From a virus (Duplodnaviria; Heunggongvirae; Uroviricota; Caudoviricetes): a stretch of 64,000 nt of DNA. Of the stretch, positions 34,604-44,606 are shown in pieces; position 1 is the stretch's first letter; the number at the start of each line of letters is the position of its first letter. A model generated the notes under the pieces. That model worked only from the letters and a program-made list of their open reading frames with translations, was not told where the DNA came from and made no database searches. The translations under genes were made by a program, and so were the position numbers. Location of the stretch: positions 64,001-128,000 of the IMG/VR virus record IMGVR_UViG_3300042569_003232; one strand, given 5' to 3'.

Positions 34604-34607
34604 ATTT

Positions 34608-34790
34608 TTATTGATTTTCGAAATGAGTTATCGCTTCTTTTAAGATTGATAGTTCATCTTGTGTTAATAGTAATGTTCCTCCATGATCATCACGAAGTAC
34701 AAAACTATTATTATCTGGGATTTTTTCAATTGAAGGGCAGCAAGAACCTGCTCTGCAAAGTTTAACAGTGTTTTGATTTATTATTACCAT
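34608..34790 (-). CDS. Small hypothetical protein
   Basis: KLCRAGSCCP motif; TAAATA upstream. Confidence 0.6.
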   Translation of the reverse strand: MVIINQNTVKLCRAGSCCPSIEKIPDNNSFVLRDDHGGTLLLTQDELSILKEAITHFENQ

Positions 34791-34821
34791 ACGCTATTAT
34801 TTACTATTTTTCTGGGTCTTT

Positions 34822-35514
34822 TCAAACTACATTCTTGATTTGACTTCTCAATGCAATTTCGTCATACATTGTTTCCAAGTCACCCAAAACTGATTGTTCA
34901 GTTTCAATCAAGTCACCTTCTGGATTTAAGTATTCCCGAATAGTGTTTATCTTTTCATGAACGTCACCTTCTAAAAGAATAAATGCAGGTTGATCTTCTT
35001 TATCAAAAACCACTCCGCTATTCTTTTTATAATGTTCATAAATTCCGTGAAAAACATTATCAATTTCTTCACGATATTTTTCACTAGTTGAACGATTTGG
35101 GGACGGTGATAATTGTATATTCGGATTTAATGGAAGCCAAAAAATTATATCATAAAACTTCAGACTCTCTTTTGTCAAGAGAAGTGATGTTGCAAGAAAT
35201 TCACTATTTGCATTTTCATCCTCTGATAGCTTATTATATTCTGCTAACCATAGGGAGTATGCCAAATTATCCAATACACACCGATCATGTAGAGTTTTTG
35301 TTTTTCCTGAATTTTCAAGTGCTTGATCAACAAGAAAATCACGAATAATTTTCTGTGATTCTAGTGTGCCATTTTCATTCAAAGTTAATTCTTTTTCTCT
35401 AATCAAGTCTCGGTAAGACTTCGTCGGGGTTTCATACATAGGCCAAAACTGTTTAAAAGTTTCAACTAATGTTGTTTTTCCATTGTTTTGCGTTCCTGTT
35501 ATAGCAATTCTCAT
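34822..35514 (-). CDS. P-loop kinase/ATPase (NadR/AAA_28-like)
   Basis: IAITGTQNNGKTT, HDRCVLD, YDIIFWLP. Confidence 0.8.
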   Translation of the reverse strand: MRIAITGTQNNGKTTLVETFKQFWPMYETPTKSYRDLIREKELTLNENGTLESQKIIRDFLVDQALENSGKTKTLHDRCVLDNLAYSLWLAEYNKLSEDENANSEFLATSLLLTKESLKFYDIIFWLPLNPNIQLSPSPNRSTSEKYREEIDNVFHGIYEHYKKNSGVVFDKEDQPAFILLEGDVHEKINTIREYLNPEGDLIETEQSVLGDLETMYDEIALRSQIKNVV

Positions 35515-36161
35515 ACAACTTCTTTATCATTCTCTTTTTCGTCAAAGCTAAAAGTGCGGCAATATGTTGATGCATCTGTTCGATCCAATGTTTTATAAGA
35601 GGTATAGCTGTCACAAACTGATTTAAAACCTTCTGATATGCTTGTCGAATCTCTGGCAAAACCTCTAGAAGATGAACCTGTAATACCAAGAGATTGATGT
35701 TGCTTTAGCACTGCTTCTTCTCCTGCACCAAGGAAAACAAAATCCCATGCATATTTTTCACGTTGATGTTTAATTTTTTCCGAAACAGTGGATGCAGAGA
35801 ATTCTTTGGATGCATTTTCAAATCCATCTGTTATAACTAAAAACAATACCCGATTAGGACGATCTTCTTCTGCCATTTTTACCAGTTTTTCTCCAACAAT
35901 TGTCATTGTTTTTCCAATTGCATCCAATAATGCAGTTGATCCTCTTGGGGAAATGGAAATATTAATATCATCTTTAATGTCCTTGTCGGTGAATACTGTT
36001 TCGTATTGATCGTCAAATTGGTAAAATGATACTTTTGTTTCATCTCCGCTATTTTTTTCTTTTTCCAAAAAAGTTTTAATTCCTCCGGTAATATCATGGG
36101 CAATACTGTTCATTGACCCACTTCTGTCTAAAATTATGTTCAAGTCTGTATAATTCTTCAT
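35511..36161 (-). CDS. vWA-domain protein
   Basis: ILDRSGSM, RGSTALLDA, VITDGFENAS, WDFVFLGA. Confidence 0.88.
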   Translation of the reverse strand: MKNYTDLNIILDRSGSMNSIAHDITGGIKTFLEKEKNSGDETKVSFYQFDDQYETVFTDKDIKDDINISISPRGSTALLDAIGKTMTIVGEKLVKMAEEDRPNRVLFLVITDGFENASKEFSASTVSEKIKHQREKYAWDFVFLGAGEEAVLKQHQSLGITGSSSRGFARDSTSISEGFKSVCDSYTSYKTLDRTDASTYCRTFSFDEKENDKEVV

Positions 36162-36168
36162 ACTTTAT

Positions 36169-36197
36169 AAGTTACATTATTTCTTTGTATTTGTCAA
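36169..36197 (-). promoter_or_regulatory. Sigma70-type promoter TTGACA-N17-TAACTT
   Basis: Motif match, 7 nt from ATG. Confidence 0.6.
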
Positions 36198-36382
36198 GAT
36201 TTTTCCTCCGTTTCATTATCTTCCTTTTGAATTGGTTTTATCTTTTTTAAGAATTTAATAAAATCTTTTTTATTCAATTCCTTAATTTCTAATTTCTCCC
36301 AATCAATCATCATTTTATATTGGGAAAATAATTTACCCAACTGATCTAAAAACTTTTTTTCATGCTTGTCTAATTTAGCCAT
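36194..36382 (-). CDS. Small hypothetical protein (start likely 36382)
   Basis: Track start lies inside the promoter spacer. Confidence 0.55.
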   Translation of the reverse strand: MAKLDKHEKKFLDQLGKLFSQYKMMIDWEKLEIKELNKKDFIKFLKKIKPIQKEDNETEEKS

Positions 36383-36388
36383 TCTTTT

Positions 36389-36449
36389 AATATACACTAC
36401 AACATTTTCATGTCAAGAGGGTTGACAATTTTGCGGTATCATGTATCAT
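36389..36449. promoter_or_regulatory. Back-to-back divergent sigma70-type promoters, both N16
   Basis: minus TTGACA-N16-TATATT (36389-36416); plus TTGACA-N16-TATCAT (36422-36449). Confidence 0.75.
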
Positions 36450-36454
36450 AATTT

Positions 36455-37258
36455 ATGAACACTCCTTACAAACTGAATCGTAATAGTTACGACAATATCT
36501 ACTTTTCCAGTGATTTCCACTACAATCATCAAAAAGATTTTTTGTGGAAGCCGCGTGGTTTTTCTTCTTTTCAAGATCATGATATGTTTTTGGAAAATGA
36601 AGTTTCTAAACTAACGAAAAACGATTTGTTAATTTTTCTCGGAGATTTTAGCCTAAATTCTCCCCCTGAACAAAGTGCTGCATTGTTGCAAAAAATAAAT
36701 GCCCGAATGTTTTACATTTTCGGCAACCATGAATCATATCACTCTCGTTTTTATAAAGATTCCCTTCGAAATTATTATAAGCAAACTTTTGATTATTCTA
36801 TGCGAGATGCAGGACATGATCACGGGTCATTAGACGGAATAAACACTGTTTCTGATCATCCGTTCCAAACTTTCCCATTTTCAGTGGGAAAATATACTAA
36901 TTCAGGGTTTCCGGGACTTCGGAAAAAATTGAAAGATGTTCAAGAAAATGATATCGTTTATTGGGGCGAAGAAGGTTATTTCAAAATTGGAAATACTTTT
37001 CTATTTTGCCGTCACATGGCTCCCCGAATTTGGGACAAAGTAAAGCATTCTAATTATGTGGCTATTTGTGGGCATTCTCATGGTCATTTATTTCCTGCAA
37101 ATCCTGAATGTAAAAATCAAGGTAAAATCCTAGATGTTGGAGTCGATAATGCAATAAAGTATAATGGAACTGCATTCTTCAAAATAGAAGAAATTGAAAC
37201 TATTATGCATAGTAAAACTATTGTTATTGAAGATCATCATGGATGCGAACATGTATAA
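36455..37258 (+). CDS. Calcineurin-like metallophosphoesterase
   Basis: SDFHYNH, LGDF, GNHE, CGHSHG, DVGVD. Confidence 0.88.
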   Translation: MNTPYKLNRNSYDNIYFSSDFHYNHQKDFLWKPRGFSSFQDHDMFLENEVSKLTKNDLLIFLGDFSLNSPPEQSAALLQKINARMFYIFGNHESYHSRFYKDSLRNYYKQTFDYSMRDAGHDHGSLDGINTVSDHPFQTFPFSVGKYTNSGFPGLRKKLKDVQENDIVYWGEEGYFKIGNTFLFCRHMAPRIWDKVKHSNYVAICGHSHGHLFPANPECKNQGKILDVGVDNAIKYNGTAFFKIEEIETIMHSKTIVIEDHHGCEHV

Positions 37259-37796
37259 ATTTTTCGTCGGAATAGGAAGTCGAAGCACTCCTGAATCGTA
37301 TATTCCTTTAATTGAAAAAATATCAGAGAAATTAATTTCTCGTAATTATATTCTTCGTTCCGGAGGAGCAAGTGGTGCAGACACTTTTTGGGAAAATGCA
37401 TATGATAAGTTTGGTGGCAAAAAAGAAATATATCTTCCTTGGAAAAATTTTAACAATAATTCTTCGGAACTATATCATATAAGCAATGAAGCACTCGAAA
37501 GGGCAGAATACTATCATCCCAATTGGAGTTCTTTATCAGATGCTGCTAAAAAATTACATGCCAGAAATACATACCAAATATTAGGAGATGATTCGGGGCG
37601 TTATAATACAAATGGTCGATATTTTGGTTGGAGTTTTAGTGATATGGTTATCTGCTACACGGCAGACGGAAAAGATACTGGTGGAACAGGACAGGCGATA
37701 AGAATCGCTCGACAATATAACGTTCCTGTGTATAATCTCTACCATTACGGCGAAAATATCCTACAAATAATTGAACAATATGAATTATTTTCTTAA
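37251..37796 (+). CDS. SLOG-superfamily (DprA/YspA-like) protein (start likely 37251)
   Basis: GIGSRSTP, LRSGGASGAD, GGTGQAIRIA. Confidence 0.8.
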   Translation: MYKFFVGIGSRSTPESYIPLIEKISEKLISRNYILRSGGASGADTFWENAYDKFGGKKEIYLPWKNFNNNSSELYHISNEALERAEYYHPNWSSLSDAAKKLHARNTYQILGDDSGRYNTNGRYFGWSFSDMVICYTADGKDTGGTGQAIRIARQYNVPVYNLYHYGENILQIIEQYELFS

Positions 37797-38205
37797 ATCA
37801 GAAGGAAAATTAGAAATATCCAATGGTGCAGTTCGTTTAAAAGTATCAATGGATTTTATACGATATTACAAATCATTAATTGATAAAGAATATCGTATAT
37901 TTTCTAATTTCCCCGCGCATGGAAGCCATATCACGCTATTTCATCCTAAAATTCATGGTGTTTTAGATTCGTTTAAAGTTAAATTTATTAAAAAGTTTTA
38001 TATGGATAATAAAATACCTTTTGAATATAATCCATATATTATACAAGGAGGACATACTAAAAACTTCCGAAATTGGTATTTAAATGTAAAAAGTGTTCAA
38101 TTAAACGAAATTGTTAATTACTTAGGTGCAAGTGTCGGTCACGGTTTGCATTTAACTATTTGCAATACAAAAGGAGGAGTTCGTCCTTATATTTGGCTTA
38201 AATAA
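37771..38205 (+). CDS. 2H-phosphoesterase-like protein
   Basis: Two HxT motifs: SHITL and LHLTI. Confidence 0.55.
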   Translation: MNNMNYFLKSEGKLEISNGAVRLKVSMDFIRYYKSLIDKEYRIFSNFPAHGSHITLFHPKIHGVLDSFKVKFIKKFYMDNKIPFEYNPYIIQGGHTKNFRNWYLNVKSVQLNEIVNYLGASVGHGLHLTICNTKGGVRPYIWLK

Positions 38206-38737
38206 CTGTTTTAAACGTCTCATTACCGACATTATTGGAAAACACAAACCTATTACTGGTAAATGTTTTTCCAATAATGTCGGTTTTTATTTTGGTATAT
38301 TGTTCTCCTTTGCCGGGAAGAAGATATCCAATAGTAGAGTGAGGATGATACCTTGGATAGCTATCCGTTGCATCAAAATTATTAGTTATAATATCGTTTA
38401 ATTCCATTAATGATTTTGATTTTACATCAAATTTCAAAACATCGTATGCTTTATTCCTAAACAATGAAATATTAGTTAATGAAAAAGTAATTGGTTCAAA
38501 TTTCAACTTTTTTTCAAAAAAACTGAAATTTTGATCATGTAATCCATACTTGACGGTAATATGCGGTTTTTGCTCTAACCCATGTCTCGGTGTTAAATCA
38601 TAAACATCGCAGGGACATATTTTTTCTTGTATTTTCTGAAAGTCCGGAAGAAGAAACCCTAAGTCTAACATTAAACATGCATAAGGTCTTGGAGTTGTAT
38701 TTTCAATAAACAATTGGTAAAATTCTGTAAATTTCAT
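38198..38737 (-). CDS. acb1: 2H phosphoesterase, T4 57B/Acb1-like anti-CBASS
   Basis: KPHITVKYGL and YHPHSTIGY motifs. Confidence 0.7.
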   Translation of the reverse strand: MKFTEFYQLFIENTTPRPYACLMLDLGFLLPDFQKIQEKICPCDVYDLTPRHGLEQKPHITVKYGLHDQNFSFFEKKLKFEPITFSLTNISLFRNKAYDVLKFDVKSKSLMELNDIITNNFDATDSYPRYHPHSTIGYLLPGKGEQYTKIKTDIIGKTFTSNRFVFSNNVGNETFKTVI

Positions 38738-39672
38738 TTGTAAGTGTTTTTATTAACATCTAAGGAGTAATTAGGATGAAGCGCATTTTCTATTTCGCCC
38801 GCATTTCGTTTCATACGTAATGCAATACCATATCCTTTTTGTTTAGGGTCTGAATATTTCTTATATTCACGACTGTTAAGGTATTCTTTTGCAGCAGCTT
38901 TTAAATACACTCTTGCTACTCTGTGTTCACCCTTGAAGTATGCATCCATTGCCTTCTTAATGAGCTTTTTGGCCGTGACTGATCCTGCCAGATCACCTCG
39001 GAAAAACCCGTCCAGAATCGCCACCTTGAGCGATAATGGATATTCGTCAAATCCTAAAAACTGTTTCCGGACAGTTATTAATTTTTTCATCAAATCTTTT
39101 TTGAATATTTCTACTGCTCTAGCTTTAGATATTTCTACTTTAACCAGTTTTTTATTTTTTGTTAACACCTCATCTGGTTTAAATGTGCCGTCTTTAAGAT
39201 CCGAAGGTATTATTAAATGACCTATTCCAATTGTATTATATCCTTTATTATCTGGATAACTTTTTGTATGAATTCCTATTCCTTGAATTTCATGCTTCAT
39301 AATATACTGCATTGCAGTGTCTATGAAATTTTTATACCGACTATATTCATCAACTGATGACTTATTCACTAATGTCGTTGTGACTGGAGCAATTGGTTGC
39401 TGATTAAATGAGTTTTTAGTTTTGTATAAATTTTGCAATTTTGTTACAAAATCTGGATCTTTTAACTTTTGATCAACTTCTGTTTTAATTTCTTGAAATT
39501 TCTGTGGATTTTCTGCCAATTTCGCCACCTTCATTTCTACATCACTTGGAACACTCCATGTTATTCCTGCAATTGCCAGCATTCCGATTTTTCTTAAAAA
39601 ATCCTTTACTCCTTCTTCTACAACAATATCTCGGTGTTCAACTACTAAATGGAACAGTTCATCAAATTTCAT
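38734..39672 (-). CDS. Phage lysozyme-like protein with N-terminal extension
   Basis: HE...YPDNKGYNTIGIGHLI catalytic region. Confidence 0.8.
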   Translation of the reverse strand: MKFDELFHLVVEHRDIVVEEGVKDFLRKIGMLAIAGITWSVPSDVEMKVAKLAENPQKFQEIKTEVDQKLKDPDFVTKLQNLYKTKNSFNQQPIAPVTTTLVNKSSVDEYSRYKNFIDTAMQYIMKHEIQGIGIHTKSYPDNKGYNTIGIGHLIIPSDLKDGTFKPDEVLTKNKKLVKVEISKARAVEIFKKDLMKKLITVRKQFLGFDEYPLSLKVAILDGFFRGDLAGSVTAKKLIKKAMDAYFKGEHRVARVYLKAAAKEYLNSREYKKYSDPKQKGYGIALRMKRNAGEIENALHPNYSLDVNKNTYK

Positions 39673-39698
39673 ATAGATATTTATTCTATATTGTTATT

Positions 39699-40202
39699 TT
39701 ATTTGGTTGAACTAAATGCATCTCTTTGGCGTTTTATAACATCTTCATTTGATTCAAATATATGAAGATTTGATGACTTGTAATATTCTATATCTTGTTT
39801 TTTCTTTTCTAATAATGTTTTTAAAAAATTCTGCATTTCTTTACCATTTTCCGTTTTCATGTCTAAGTTTAATATAATTTCATACAAAATAGTATTTAAA
39901 TCATTATTATATTTTCCAAAAAAGATACTGCTATATTTTACATCTACTTCTCTCTCAGAAACAATTGATTTCTTTTCTGTTACAATATCAATTAATCTTC
40001 CTGAATCGTAGTCTCCTTCCCACTTAAATCGGTTCAAATTTATTTTATTATCAGTTAAACCCAACTCACTAAAAGAATATTTTTTAATAAGCATTTTCTG
40101 TAATAATGTTTCTGGAAACATAGAAACATCAAATGTAAAAGTTGTGAACTTTCTAGTAGAAAGATTAAATAATGCATATAAAAAGAAATTATTTTCGGAC
40201 AT
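39699..40202 (-). CDS. Hypothetical protein
   Basis: 167-aa ORF. Confidence 0.7.
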   Translation of the reverse strand: MSENNFFLYALFNLSTRKFTTFTFDVSMFPETLLQKMLIKKYSFSELGLTDNKINLNRFKWEGDYDSGRLIDIVTEKKSIVSEREVDVKYSSIFFGKYNNDLNTILYEIILNLDMKTENGKEMQNFLKTLLEKKKQDIEYYKSSNLHIFESNEDVIKRQRDAFSSTK

Positions 40203-40236
40203 AATAAAGGGAGGATTTTTAGTCCTCCCTTTATTA
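40202..40236 (-). terminator. Intrinsic terminator
   Basis: TAATAAAGGGAGGA/TCCTCCCTTTATTA. Confidence 0.7.
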
Positions 40237-40267
40237 TAACTCTTCTTTTTTACCTTTTCAAGTATTA

Positions 40268-42280
40268 TTACAAATATTCATTAACTTCTGAAACTTTGAA
40301 TACCAAATCATTATATTCAAACTTTTCAGCTTTATCAATATCGGCGAACCATGAATTTGTAACAATCATAAAGAACTTTTGAGAAGAGATTTTTTGTGCA
40401 AGAAGGTCAACAGTTTCTTCCACACCTTCCAAAGTTTTTTGGCAAAACTCTACAAAGGTTTCTTTACCCAAATTCTTCAATTGTTCATCATACTTTTTAA
40501 AGAGCGGCCAACAAATAACATCACCGGGATTTTGTTTACCGTTGGCTTTGTATTTCTTATAGCTTTCGCTTGCAGAAATCTTGCTTGCACCCTTTAATTG
40601 AGCAGTCAATTCTACGAATGGAATAAAGTCTGCATTCTCATCCTTCGCTTTGCCTTCGCTTTTTGGAGAATACCGCATAGCATAATCCAATCCCATTTCC
40701 TCCAACAATACAGCACCTTCGGGACCATACATGCTTACTCGCTTATCTTCTGCATGTTTTTGGGACGCATGCGCTTTGATATACATTCGAAGTACGCTTG
40801 CATGAGCTTTTTCAGAAATAAGAGTTTTATACAAATTGGAAAAACTCTTTATAGAAAGTTCTTTTTGATCTTCATCAAAAAGGTCAATAACATCATTTGG
40901 AACAAGATTAATTACTTTATCCGTATTTTCATTATGAAGAACAATATTTCCAAAGTTGAAATCGCCATTTGCTACAAATGCATAATTTCGATATGTAGTG
41001 CTTTCAATCGGAAGAACAATTGGTGTATGCGAACGGGTATTAAATTCTTCTACTCGTTTTTTCAAATCTTCGTCCAGAATAGATTTAATCTGTCCTTCAC
41101 GAACTGTGAGAAAACTAATATTTGCCCGATTTTCATTGCCAATGATATTTATAATTCTTGCAGGAGCAACACTTGTTTCGAATTCTACCTTGCTAACATC
41201 CTCTCCTTTTCTGGAAATAGACTTGTATTGTGAATTATGTAGGTCAATGGTAACTTTACCAATATCCTTTTTAATATTCTTCAAGAATTCGGTAAGAGTC
41301 ATTCCAGTATTTTGATCGGATTTTTCTACCGCAGAAAGACTAGTGGCTTTTTCCTTCAAGAAGTTTTCCGCTTGACCTTTTTGCAGAACAGTAAATGCCT
41401 TTTGAAGTTTCTTTGCAGAAAGATTATCTCCAGCTTTTCTAAGAACCAGAACACCAAGATTTGCTTTATTCTTTTGAGAAAGAATTTGTGCCAAAGAATA
41501 AACAAACACAGGATTATTCAATTGTTCTGATGGAAGTGCATTCAACTCATTATAATTTACTGCAAACAGTTCGCTCTCCTTTTTCGTTGCCAATGCAGAA
41601 ACCGTATTATCCGCTTTAACTTCCAATGGAAGAATATCCGTTTCGGTTACTTGCCAAACCAAATCAAAAGATTGAGGAAGTTTAACAGAAACAAGGGTTT
41701 TCTTATTAGAAATAAGATCAGATGCGCTCTTTTTCATTTCGGTGAAATCAGAAATATGATTAAACACACCTCCAATATTTTCTGCCATTTCAAGCAATAA
41801 TTTACGATCATAATAGCTGGAATAACCAACCATCATTTTATATGAAAATGAATTTTTCAATGAAGCACAAACTTGAATAATATCATTGTATGATCCTCCC
41901 GAATTATGGTATCCATCCGATAGCCACATCAAAACATTCTCCGTATTTCCTGTTAATTGTCTAACATCTTTAATTGTTTCTTCTACAGTTTGAAGAATTT
42001 GGAGAAAATTGGTCAATCCTCTTGCATAAATTTTCTCCTCGATCAATTTATCAATTCCTTTCAAATTTGATGCTCCTTTACAAATCCAAGAATAATCACC
42101 TGTGGAAGAGAAATACCCTAGAGTAAACGTGTCTCCCGGACTCATTAGGTCTTTTATAGAACTAATCGTTGCCTTCAAATCTCGGATGGAATAAGCCATT
42201 GACCCTGAGAGGTCGCAAATACACATATAATTCGTCGGAGAATTTTTGGAGTCATTATTTTTAGGAATTACTATTTTCAT
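40268..42280 (-). CDS. Large protein with N-terminal vWA domain
   Basis: CDLSGSM, GLTNF, LSDG MIDAS. Confidence 0.8.
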   Translation of the reverse strand: MKIVIPKNNDSKNSPTNYMCICDLSGSMAYSIRDLKATISSIKDLMSPGDTFTLGYFSSTGDYSWICKGASNLKGIDKLIEEKIYARGLTNFLQILQTVEETIKDVRQLTGNTENVLMWLSDGYHNSGGSYNDIIQVCASLKNSFSYKMMVGYSSYYDRKLLLEMAENIGGVFNHISDFTEMKKSASDLISNKKTLVSVKLPQSFDLVWQVTETDILPLEVKADNTVSALATKKESELFAVNYNELNALPSEQLNNPVFVYSLAQILSQKNKANLGVLVLRKAGDNLSAKKLQKAFTVLQKGQAENFLKEKATSLSAVEKSDQNTGMTLTEFLKNIKKDIGKVTIDLHNSQYKSISRKGEDVSKVEFETSVAPARIINIIGNENRANISFLTVREGQIKSILDEDLKKRVEEFNTRSHTPIVLPIESTTYRNYAFVANGDFNFGNIVLHNENTDKVINLVPNDVIDLFDEDQKELSIKSFSNLYKTLISEKAHASVLRMYIKAHASQKHAEDKRVSMYGPEGAVLLEEMGLDYAMRYSPKSEGKAKDENADFIPFVELTAQLKGASKISASESYKKYKANGKQNPGDVICWPLFKKYDEQLKNLGKETFVEFCQKTLEGVEETVDLLAQKISSQKFFMIVTNSWFADIDKAEKFEYNDLVFKVSEVNEYL

Positions 42281-42307
42281 ATTCGTGTATTATACTCAGA
42301 CTACTCC

Positions 42308-43303
42308 TTAAGTCAAGAGCTTATTTTTGGCATTTTTTGCGTCTTCTTCTGAATCAAAATATCCAATCACTATCTGTTTTTTACCATTATAGTAATATGC
42401 TCTCCACCTGCCATTTTTCATACAGTTTATTCCTTTCTCAGAAGATGTTTGATTTAAACGCTGTTTCCAATGTTCGATCTGAACCGAAAAATTACTCAAA
42501 TCATATTTGAAATTAGGAAAATTCAATGGTTTGTTCAATTTATAATAAATTATGAATTTATCAACTATATGTGCTGCTTCTTCTTCAGAAGATATAAAAT
42601 CTATTCTCATTTTTTCAGGAATTTTTAATATATCCAATCTAACTCTCCACTTAGTCTTCTTTTTATTACAAGACACATAATTATATTTTGATGTATGGTG
42701 CGTTTTTATAAATTCATTATAGAAAGTTTCTAAATCTATTTTTATAAATTCTTCACGCCTGTCATCGAAATTGATCCGTGCATCATCACCGAACAAATAT
42801 AAAACTAATTTATCATATGCTTCTGCTGCTAATAGCTCATTTTCGAATTTTCTAGATACAACTATTTTATTGACTCTTACTGATGTATGATACTCTCCAC
42901 GTTGATCCACCCATACTCCCGTATATTTAGATGATTTTGTGTTCATAATTTTCTTATTTTTTCGCCCTTGGTTAATTTTTGATAACTTCCTCTTTGTGTC
43001 CTCATGGACAGTTATTTTGCCACATAATTCGTATTTTAAATTATATCCATTCGGACTTATACTATTGAACATATTTATGTAATCATACTCTGCCTTATTA
43101 ATATATTCTCGACTTTCATTACCTTCAATAATTTCAAACGTAAAATTATCTTCTCCATATTTCTGAATAGCTCTAGAAATATAAGATACACACCACTTAC
43201 TTTTAAAATTTTTATGTTGATTAAATCTTTTTTCTGGATTATTTGTCTGACCAATATAAATCTTACCGTTAATTTTATTTGTTATCCTATATACAAAATA
43301 CAT
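42308..43303 (-). mobile_element. GIY-YIG homing endonuclease with NUMOD3 and AP2-like domains
   Basis: FVYRITNKINGKIYIGQT, NGYN, HEDTKRKLS, SKYTGV, GRWRA...IGYFDSEEDA. Confidence 0.85.
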
Positions 43304-43345
43304 ACTTCCTATTACTTAGTCGGAAGTATGTATTTTATGCAACTA

Positions 43346-43825
43346 CTATTCTGCCACTACCAAAGAATATCTTTGATATTTTACCGGACATACCCAATGA
43401 ACTGAATCATAAGGAAAATCTATATATTGACCTGCTTTATCAAAAACTTTAACCAAATTATGATTTTGGTCTTCACAAACCAAACCATCAACTTCCGAAT
43501 CAGTTAATGTAATCAAATGGATTTTTCTCACAATATATGCATCCCGATGAGGCGAAATATAATCTCCCGGATCATATCTTTGAATTTGAATAAATGAATA
43601 GCAATCTTTTAATTCCTGTGGAAAATCAGAATTCTCAAAAATACAATTTTTCAAATCTTCACTCATTTGGTTATCTTTCAAAGTTTTAAACTTTGAAAAA
43701 ATTCCCGGAATTAAACTTTCATGTTTATCTTCGTTTTCTCGGGGCTGAAATAAATGATCATGCAGTTTTATATAGATCATTATATCATCTACATTTCTAA
43801 TAAAATTTGGAATAAGTGTTATCAT
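43346..43825 (-). CDS. 2OG-Fe(II) oxygenase
   Basis: QRYDPGDYISPHRD, HWV.PV...RYSL. Confidence 0.75.
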   Translation of the reverse strand: MITLIPNFIRNVDDIMIYIKLHDHLFQPRENEDKHESLIPGIFSKFKTLKDNQMSEDLKNCIFENSDFPQELKDCYSFIQIQRYDPGDYISPHRDAYIVRKIHLITLTDSEVDGLVCEDQNHNLVKVFDKAGQYIDFPYDSVHWVCPVKYQRYSLVVAE

Positions 43826-44028
43826 AATGCGAGTTGAACCTGTTTATTGTTTGATGTATTATGAACATGTAATAAATCATAGTTATAATTATCGGCTTTA
43901 TCTTCGGCATATAAAACTGCTTTATCATCCGAAATTGAGGAAATTCCTTCTGTAAATAGGAAATAATTTAATTCTCCGTACTGATCTACAAATTTTTCCC
44001 GACTTTTAAAAACAGCTAAATATTGCAT
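43822..44028 (-). CDS. Hypothetical protein
   Basis: 68-aa ORF. Confidence 0.55.
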   Translation of the reverse strand: MQYLAVFKSREKFVDQYGELNYFLFTEGISSISDDKAVLYAEDKADNYNYDLLHVHNTSNNKQVQLAL

Positions 44029-44053
44029 AACTTCATTATACTATTGTTCTAAT

Positions 44054-44605
44054 CTATGTAAACTTATTTTTAGATATTTTATAAACAAAATTCCGTTTGC
44101 CTGTACCATAATAATTATCTAATTCATCTGGTGAATTTAAAATTATTTCCGTTCCTTTATCAGTATCCACTACAGTCAATTTTATATCTGAATCTTTTGC
44201 TAATCTTTTGTATAAATGGAATCCTTCTTTTGTATGAAAAGTAGAAGATAATATATAAGAAAAATTCAATAATAAATAATTTTTAAAAACATCTGACATG
44301 TGAAATTCATAAGGCACACCTTTAATTGTTTCATATATTTGTATTCCGCCATCTTTTAAAAGATAAAAATCTACATTTCCTCTCGGAACGTCATTTGTTA
44401 TAAAGAAAAGCCTTTTCAATTTTTCTTTATCATATAAAAATACATCTATTTCTGTCCCATACATTGTTTTGAACGGAACTATTTGTTTAGAATCATGTTT
44501 ATATTCTTGCCATTTATTTTGAACAGTAGTTATAGGATTAACATAAGAATCCCAAGGCTCACTCATTTCTCCTAAAAGCATTTTATAAAGATCCGAGAAT
44601 TCCAT
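44054..44605 (-). CDS. Hypothetical protein, possible virion internal protein (start likely 44605)
   Basis: MEFSDLYKMLLGE N-terminus. Confidence 0.65.
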   Translation of the reverse strand: MEFSDLYKMLLGEMSEPWDSYVNPITTVQNKWQEYKHDSKQIVPFKTMYGTEIDVFLYDKEKLKRLFFITNDVPRGNVDFYLLKDGGIQIYETIKGVPYEFHMSDVFKNYLLLNFSYILSSTFHTKEGFHLYKRLAKDSDIKLTVVDTDKGTEIILNSPDELDNYYGTGKRNFVYKISKNKFT

Positions 44606-44606
44606 A

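Noticed and set aside
40268-42280. Ro60/TROVE partner for the Y-RNA-like array
   Set aside because: The vWA domain is N-terminal, whereas Ro60 has TROVE first and vWA last; no TROVE motifs seen.
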